Program-made: the position numbers and the translations under genes
Assembly: GCA_014730235.1 (NCBI GenBank)
Contig: WJIO01000153.1
Coordinates: forward strand, 1-53,703
Reading direction: 5' to 3'
DNA: 53,703 bases
Source of the DNA: Candidatus Poribacteria bacterium
GTDB taxonomy: Bacteria; Poribacteria; DTPJ01; WJIO01
The notes under the pieces: model-generated
Told to the model about the DNA's origin: nothing
The model's database searches: none
Seen by the model: the letters and a program-made list of their open reading frames with translations, nothing else
Shown: positions 48,752 to 53,703 of the stretch, one piece after another
How the letters are laid out: every line of letters starts with the position of its first letter
Numbering within the stretch: the first letter of the stretch is position 1

Positions 48752-48956
48752 GGTTCTTCCGGGTTTAATGTGGCTATAATTGAAAATTCTCTCAGTTTGT
48801 CATTACTGCGAAACTCTTATTCCTTTTTGCTCAAGCTTTTTCAAAAAGCTTGAAGCAGGAATCCAGTAGATCCGCATAAAACTCGGATTCCTGATTTTGC
48901 AGGAATGACAGTATAAAGAAGTTTCTTATCTTTACCCCACTCAAGCCGGAAAAGCC
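48752..48956. mobile_element. ISL3-like MITE with a REP pair and the 41-nt loop insert
   Basis: Reverse-complement homologue of 6211-6373 plus an insert at 48811-48851; flanks AAACTTGC / AAATTTGC (7/8). Confidence 0.85.
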
Positions 48957-48971
48957 AAATTTGCTTAATAT

Positions 48972-49592
48972 CTACACCAAAAAAGGATTGCTTCGACGCT
49001 CTTCATCAATACTGGTTTTTGGGCCGTGTCCCGGATAAACGGTCAGACTACCATCAAGCTCTATTATCTCTTCCAAAGACTTCATAAGTGTTTCATAAGA
49101 ACTGCCGGGAAAATCATACCTTCCTATACTTCCGGCAAAAAGCAGGTCACCGGTAAATATACATTCTTCGCTTAAAAGGCATATGCTGTCAGGGCTGTGA
49201 CCGGGTGTATGTATTACCTTCAGGTGTATACATCCCGCTTCCAAAATATCTTCATCATGAAGAATTTTTTCAGGTACAGGAGATGAATAGGGTATACCAA
49301 GAAATGCAGAGAGATTTAATTTTGAATCAGTTAATCTGTCAACACCAGACTCATGTATACACAAAGGTGCTGTAGGTAAAACTGCCTTTAATTCAGAATT
49401 ACCAGCTATATGGTCAATATGGGAATGAGTATTTACAATAAATTTCACAGCAAGATTTTGCTTATCTATATAATCCAATAGCATATCCGCATCCCCACCT
49501 GGATCAATAATTACAGCCGAATCTGAGTCTTTGCATTCCAGGATATAACAGTTAGCCTGCATAGAACCAACAGGTATTGTTCTTATAATCAT
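48972..49592 (-). CDS. MBL-fold metallo-hydrolase (glyoxalase II-like)
   Basis: THSHIDH, HTPGH, FTGD, PGHG. Confidence 0.93.
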   Translation of the reverse strand: MIIRTIPVGSMQANCYILECKDSDSAVIIDPGGDADMLLDYIDKQNLAVKFIVNTHSHIDHIAGNSELKAVLPTAPLCIHESGVDRLTDSKLNLSAFLGIPYSSPVPEKILHDEDILEAGCIHLKVIHTPGHSPDSICLLSEECIFTGDLLFAGSIGRYDFPGSSYETLMKSLEEIIELDGSLTVYPGHGPKTSIDEERRSNPFLV

Positions 49593-49606
49593 ATCAACTC
49601 CCGATA

Positions 49607-50047
49607 TTACTCCGAAACTACGGATATTTGATCGTTCTTCTTAACAATGCCGCCCTTTAATACTTTAACGAATATTCCCTCGCGAGGCATTACGCAATCA
49701 CCAGCCAGTTTAAATATTTCGCATTTACTGTGGCACTTTTTGCCGATCTGGGTTACTTCCGTCAGCGCATCTTCACCAATTTTAAGTCTTGTTCCAATAG
49801 GCAAATTTACCAGATCAATACCCGATGTTGTTATGTTTTCAGCAAAGTCCCCGGGATTAACATCAAGCCCGGTGGATCGGGATTTTTCAATACTTTCTAT
49901 AGCAAGCAAACTCACCTGTCTATGCCATTTACCGGCATGGGCATCCCCTTCCAGGCCAAAATCTTCCAGCAGAATTCCCTGTTCTATATTTTTTTTTCGT
50001 GTTCCCTTTTCCTTACTTATGGAAACGGCTACAACTTTAGCAGTCAT
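49607..50047 (-). CDS. MOSC domain protein
   Basis: GL.GDAH, RQVSLL, PG.FAEN, TQIGK.CH..C, C.MPREGIF. Confidence 0.92.
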   Translation of the reverse strand: MTAKVVAVSISKEKGTRKKNIEQGILLEDFGLEGDAHAGKWHRQVSLLAIESIEKSRSTGLDVNPGDFAENITTSGIDLVNLPIGTRLKIGEDALTEVTQIGKKCHSKCEIFKLAGDCVMPREGIFVKVLKGGIVKKNDQISVVSE

Positions 50048-50129
50048 AATTGAATTCCTTTATATCCCTTCAATAAGGTAAACGTATGAAAATTAAAATT
50101 AGTTGACAAAAACATAATTAAGATATTTA

Positions 50130-52037
50130 TTACATAATTACCTTACCCATATCCCGAGTATCATAACCACCCAGTTCCAGAACACGTTTTCGGAAATTAT
50201 CGCTTTCGTTTATAATATTCAATAATTCGGCCAGGGAGGGATTTTGTATAAATTTATCCGGTATAATCAAATCGTAACGTTCCTCGGATATGGGTATGAA
50301 ATCCAATCCCAGGGCTTTTGCTGCTGCGTAGATTCCCAAACCAGCATCTGCTATACCTGTGGTGACAGCAGAAGCTACTGCCATATGAGTATATACTTCT
50401 CTGGCGTATCCGTCAACCTGATTTGATAATATCCCTGCCTGTTTTAATTGATAATCCAGGAGTACCCGGGTTCCTGAACCTCTTTGACGGTTACAGAAGG
50501 TTACATCATCTCTTACAAGATCAGACAAATCCTTAATATTTTTGGGGTTCCCCGGGGTTACAATCAATCCCTGAGTTCTGTAAACAAGATTTATCAGAGA
50601 TAATTCCATATCCGACAGCATACGCTTTATGTATGAGACATTATAATCCCCGGTTTCCTCATCAAGAAGATGAGTTCCAGCCATATGCGCTTCACCGCGT
50701 TTTATCGCCATCAGACCGCCCAAACTGCCAACATGGGCCGAAGAAAAATTTATCTCAGGATGACTTGCCTTTATCTCATCAGCCAGTATATCCAATGTAA
50801 TATCATGACTGCCGATGGCAACCACTGAATTCTTAATATCCTCAGCCGACCTCATCAGTTCCACTTTTACCATCTCATCGGGCATGAGACCTTCGGAATT
50901 TTCCGGTATTTTCATTATACCATCAGCCCGGACCAGTGAATTCAAAACGCTTGCACCTCTGGACAAAGGAGTAGCCACAACCACATCTTGGGTATGGCTG
51001 AGTTTTACCCGTACATATTCTTCACTTCCCAGCTTTGAGGGGATTTTTCGTGTGATAAAAGCGTCAACTTTCTGCTTTCCAGTTGCGGAAATTCCCAGCA
51101 TCTTAGACATCAGAGGTTTTAAAAAGCTCTCAGCGGCAATCGCCATAGAAACCGGATAACCCGGCAGGCCCAGTACTGGAGTGCCATCAACAACCCCCAG
51201 GGCGGTAGGTTTGCCCGGAGAAATAGAAACGCCATGCACAAGCAGTTCACCAAGTTCCTCTATGGCCGGTGGGATATAGTCATCCCGGCCGGCAGAAGAA
51301 CCTGCGCTGGTGAGAACAATATCACTATCAGCGGCAGCCTGCTTTATTATATCCGTTATCTTTTCAAAATCATCTTCTACTATAGCCGTCCTTGCCGGAT
51401 GACCACCCCATTGTTTAACCATGGCTTCCAGCATGTATGAATTGGAGTCAATTATGGTTCCGGGTTCAGGGATTTCACCCGGTTCGACAATTTCATCACC
51501 TGTGGGAATAACAGCAACTACAGGCTTTTTCTTGACCGTCACACTCTGGACACCACCGGAAAGCATGGCAGCCAGATCAATTGGACGTATAAAATGACCC
51601 CTGGTTAGGATCAATTCCGTTGCGACTATATCTTCCCCGGCCATTCTTATATACTGCCATGGGGCAGCCGCCGAAAGTATCTCAATGGTGTTTTCATCCA
51701 CTTCCCTCACTTTTTCTATCATTATCACAGCGTTAAAATCCGGTGGAACAGGATCTCCCGTATCAATTATAACAAACTGCTCTTTTGACAGCCGGAGAGG
51801 TGTTGCTGTGGATGCACCAAAGGTATCCTCAGCCAGAACTGCAATGCCATCCATAGCAGAACAATGATAATGAGGTGAAGATATGCGCGCAAAAACCGGC
51901 TCCGCAGTTATTCTGCCCAGAGATTCCCGAGGTGATAAATTTTCGGTTTTATTAAATATACCAACATCAGCATGTTCAAGAAATAGTTTTTGTGCTTCTT
52001 TCAGCGAGAGTTTATTTAGATAACGTTTGCGTCGCAA
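50130..52037 (-). CDS. moeA: Molybdopterin molybdotransferase MoeA fused to a periplasmic-binding-protein-like domain
   Basis: SAMDG.AV, TGDE, GSSAG.DD, PGKP, GLPGYP, then GSHD, GSLGG, NRQRGSGTR; TTG start. Confidence 0.9.
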   Translation of the reverse strand: MRRKRYLNKLSLKEAQKLFLEHADVGIFNKTENLSPRESLGRITAEPVFARISSPHYHCSAMDGIAVLAEDTFGASTATPLRLSKEQFVIIDTGDPVPPDFNAVIMIEKVREVDENTIEILSAAAPWQYIRMAGEDIVATELILTRGHFIRPIDLAAMLSGGVQSVTVKKKPVVAVIPTGDEIVEPGEIPEPGTIIDSNSYMLEAMVKQWGGHPARTAIVEDDFEKITDIIKQAAADSDIVLTSAGSSAGRDDYIPPAIEELGELLVHGVSISPGKPTALGVVDGTPVLGLPGYPVSMAIAAESFLKPLMSKMLGISATGKQKVDAFITRKIPSKLGSEEYVRVKLSHTQDVVVATPLSRGASVLNSLVRADGIMKIPENSEGLMPDEMVKVELMRSAEDIKNSVVAIGSHDITLDILADEIKASHPEINFSSAHVGSLGGLMAIKRGEAHMAGTHLLDEETGDYNVSYIKRMLSDMELSLINLVYRTQGLIVTPGNPKNIKDLSDLVRDDVTFCNRQRGSGTRVLLDYQLKQAGILSNQVDGYAREVYTHMAVASAVTTGIADAGLGIYAAAKALGLDFIPISEERYDLIIPDKFIQNPSLAELLNIINESDNFRKRVLELGGYDTRDMGKVIM

Positions 52038-52040
52038 GAA

Positions 52041-53702
52041 TTACTTCCTTTTGCTTAATAATCCAATAGCCTCACCACACCCATACATGGTAGAACTGTA
52101 GTTTTTTCCATGACCAGGACCAGGCTTTGGCAGTTTTAACAGCCTCTGAAATTTTGCGTCCCAGGCAATTTTCAGGATTCTCAGTTGTTCCTTGTTATTG
52201 GCAATACGTATTCCGTTTACATGGGCCATTATAACAACACCCGGTTGGCCTGTTGCCCTGGTGGCCGGGCATGATGTGTAACGCCAATCCCGCCATTCTT
52301 CACGCCACGTGTCGTTATCTAAGAAAGTTACAGCCTTTTCAATTGCTTCGGGAAGTCTTTCATCGCCGGACATAAGGTAATAACGACTGATACCATTGAT
52401 GAGAACTGCGGTAATAAATCCTGCCATCCCTGTGTGTCGGGCGGTTTTACAGATACAGTGATCCTTTGCCATTGGATGAATAATCCATCCACCGCACACC
52501 GGGTCCTGATCGTTCAAAGCATAATCTGTCAACATTTTCATAGCATTAAGATAACGCTTATTTAAGTCAATTTCATAAGCTCCGGCTAAAGCCAGAAGAG
52601 GCCACCCTGTGGTTCTTCCACAGTGGGTATGTCCCATGAATTTATATTCCCGATCTTCCACAAGCTGGGCCAGGTTATCGCCGATTTTCTCCACTGTCTC
52701 TTTAAGGAAAGGATCGCCGGTAAGGAAGTATTGCCTTACAGAGCCTTGAGTCCATATATGCCCCAGATTAAAAGGATCTGTGCACAGATATGGATTTTCC
52801 GAACCGCCTATTTTATGCTCTACCAGGAGTTTTCGGATGGTCTCCGAACTGTAAAAGCCGCTGACATGACCTACAGTATGCTGATGCACCATTCCCGGTC
52901 TTGGGGGATAATTTCGCGGGTTGCCGAAGAATTCTGCCAGATCATGGTTAATAAAATGTATTGTATCCACTTCGCAGGAATGATGGGCAGAGGCATCGGC
53001 CATGTAAAAATACTTTGGATCACCTGTTCGGGCAAACTGGATCAGTATCTGGTTGGTGGTGTCGTATTCGTGATTACCCCAGTTTATTCTTCTCTCGCCG
53101 AACCAGTCACCCCAGTTCATGGCCCCGTAGTCACGCTGTATTTCTATAGCATCGCAGTAGTTATCAAACAAATTTTCCGCCCAGACATCGTATTCGGTCA
53201 TTTCCGGGATACCCGCAGGAGCTATCTCGTCCCAGACACCTGTGGATATGGCCTGAGCAGGATCAGCTATGGGAATCAGGGGCGCGTTTGCCATCTTTGC
53301 CAGTGATTCACCATCACCATCCATATCCATCCATATATCCCACCGTCTGGACTGGCCTGTTCTAAGCCGGTAACAATTGCCTTCAAAAAGATACTGGTAT
53401 TTATACCAGGGTTCCATATTAGAGAATTCACCGTCTTCAAATCCTGGAAAAAGACCTACACTTAAACCATCTGAAGATGCTTCCAGGCTTTTTGGCCACT
53501 GCTGCCAGAATTCCCGAAGGGCTACGGATATGGTTTCCTTATCGTTTGCTAATTCTACCCATCCGGGGGCTCTGTTTCCCTTGACATCCGTACCCCGAAT
53601 AGAATAATTCTGGTCATCACATTGAAACAGTATCACCTCAGAATCCAGATTATCCTGCCATCCGGGATTACCTCCAAAGCGAACTTCACTGGCTTTTTCT
53701 GC
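52041..53702 (-). CDS. alpha/alpha-barrel protein, PcRGLX/YetA (rhamnogalacturonan exolyase)-like; 5' end outside the window
   Basis: Frame stays open to the window edge; FWQQWPK.L, YG.MNWGDW, WGNHEYD, GH.W..G...Y.LTGD, R..GW.L motifs. Confidence 0.6.
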   Translation of the reverse strand, partial: AEKASEVRFGGNPGWQDNLDSEVILFQCDDQNYSIRGTDVKGNRAPGWVELANDKETISVALREFWQQWPKSLEASSDGLSVGLFPGFEDGEFSNMEPWYKYQYLFEGNCYRLRTGQSRRWDIWMDMDGDGESLAKMANAPLIPIADPAQAISTGVWDEIAPAGIPEMTEYDVWAENLFDNYCDAIEIQRDYGAMNWGDWFGERRINWGNHEYDTTNQILIQFARTGDPKYFYMADASAHHSCEVDTIHFINHDLAEFFGNPRNYPPRPGMVHQHTVGHVSGFYSSETIRKLLVEHKIGGSENPYLCTDPFNLGHIWTQGSVRQYFLTGDPFLKETVEKIGDNLAQLVEDREYKFMGHTHCGRTTGWPLLALAGAYEIDLNKRYLNAMKMLTDYALNDQDPVCGGWIIHPMAKDHCICKTARHTGMAGFITAVLINGISRYYLMSGDERLPEAIEKAVTFLDNDTWREEWRDWRYTSCPATRATGQPGVVIMAHVNGIRIANNKEQLRILKIAWDAKFQRLLKLPKPGPGHGKNYSSTMYGCGEAIGLLSKRK

Positions 53703-53703
53703 A

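Noticed and set aside
6211-48956. CRISPR or integron attC interpretation of the dispersed palindromes
   Set aside because: No regular repeat-spacer period, no cas or integrase gene, no GTTRRRY cores; target duplications point to MITEs
48972-52037. MoeA-PBP, MOSC and MBL cluster as a novel system
   Set aside because: Known molybdenum/tungsten cofactor-associated genes; the MoeA-PBP fusion is well documented

Overview
AT-rich (roughly 38% GC by eye) chromosomal window from a diderm bacterium. A C-terminal 'TTWGxxK' motif and the gene repertoire suggest a Poribacteria/FCB-type candidate lineage (inference). No rRNA, tRNA, CRISPR array or transposase was seen. Contents in order: (1) a sigma54 two-component system driving an LTxEQ-repeat exported protein through a fully readable enhancer/IHF/-24/-12 promoter; (2) an orphan glycyl-radical enzyme with a non-canonical GCNW Cys loop; (3) an envelope locus with a LolA-like protein, a TonB-type-anchored DUF4159 protein, beta-propellers, a CARDB/prenyltransferase-barrel/YdjY-like protein and a permease; (4) a DegT aminotransferase co-oriented with two ABC systems; (5) an apparently cytoplasmic beta-propeller histidine kinase and a hybrid kinase; (6) a TPR / OM barrel / ExbB / polytopic TonB / DUF4398-OmpA / cohesin cluster with no exbD; (7) sugar transferase, MBL, MOSC, MoeA-PBP and a partial lyase-like gene. 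The intergenic DNA holds a nested repeat system: ISL3-like MITE shells with 8-bp target duplications carry GTCATTCC-type REP hairpins, and a 41-nt insert sits in the loop of two of these hairpins. One MITE copy supplies the C-terminus of a protein. All family assignments come from motif recognition, not database searches.
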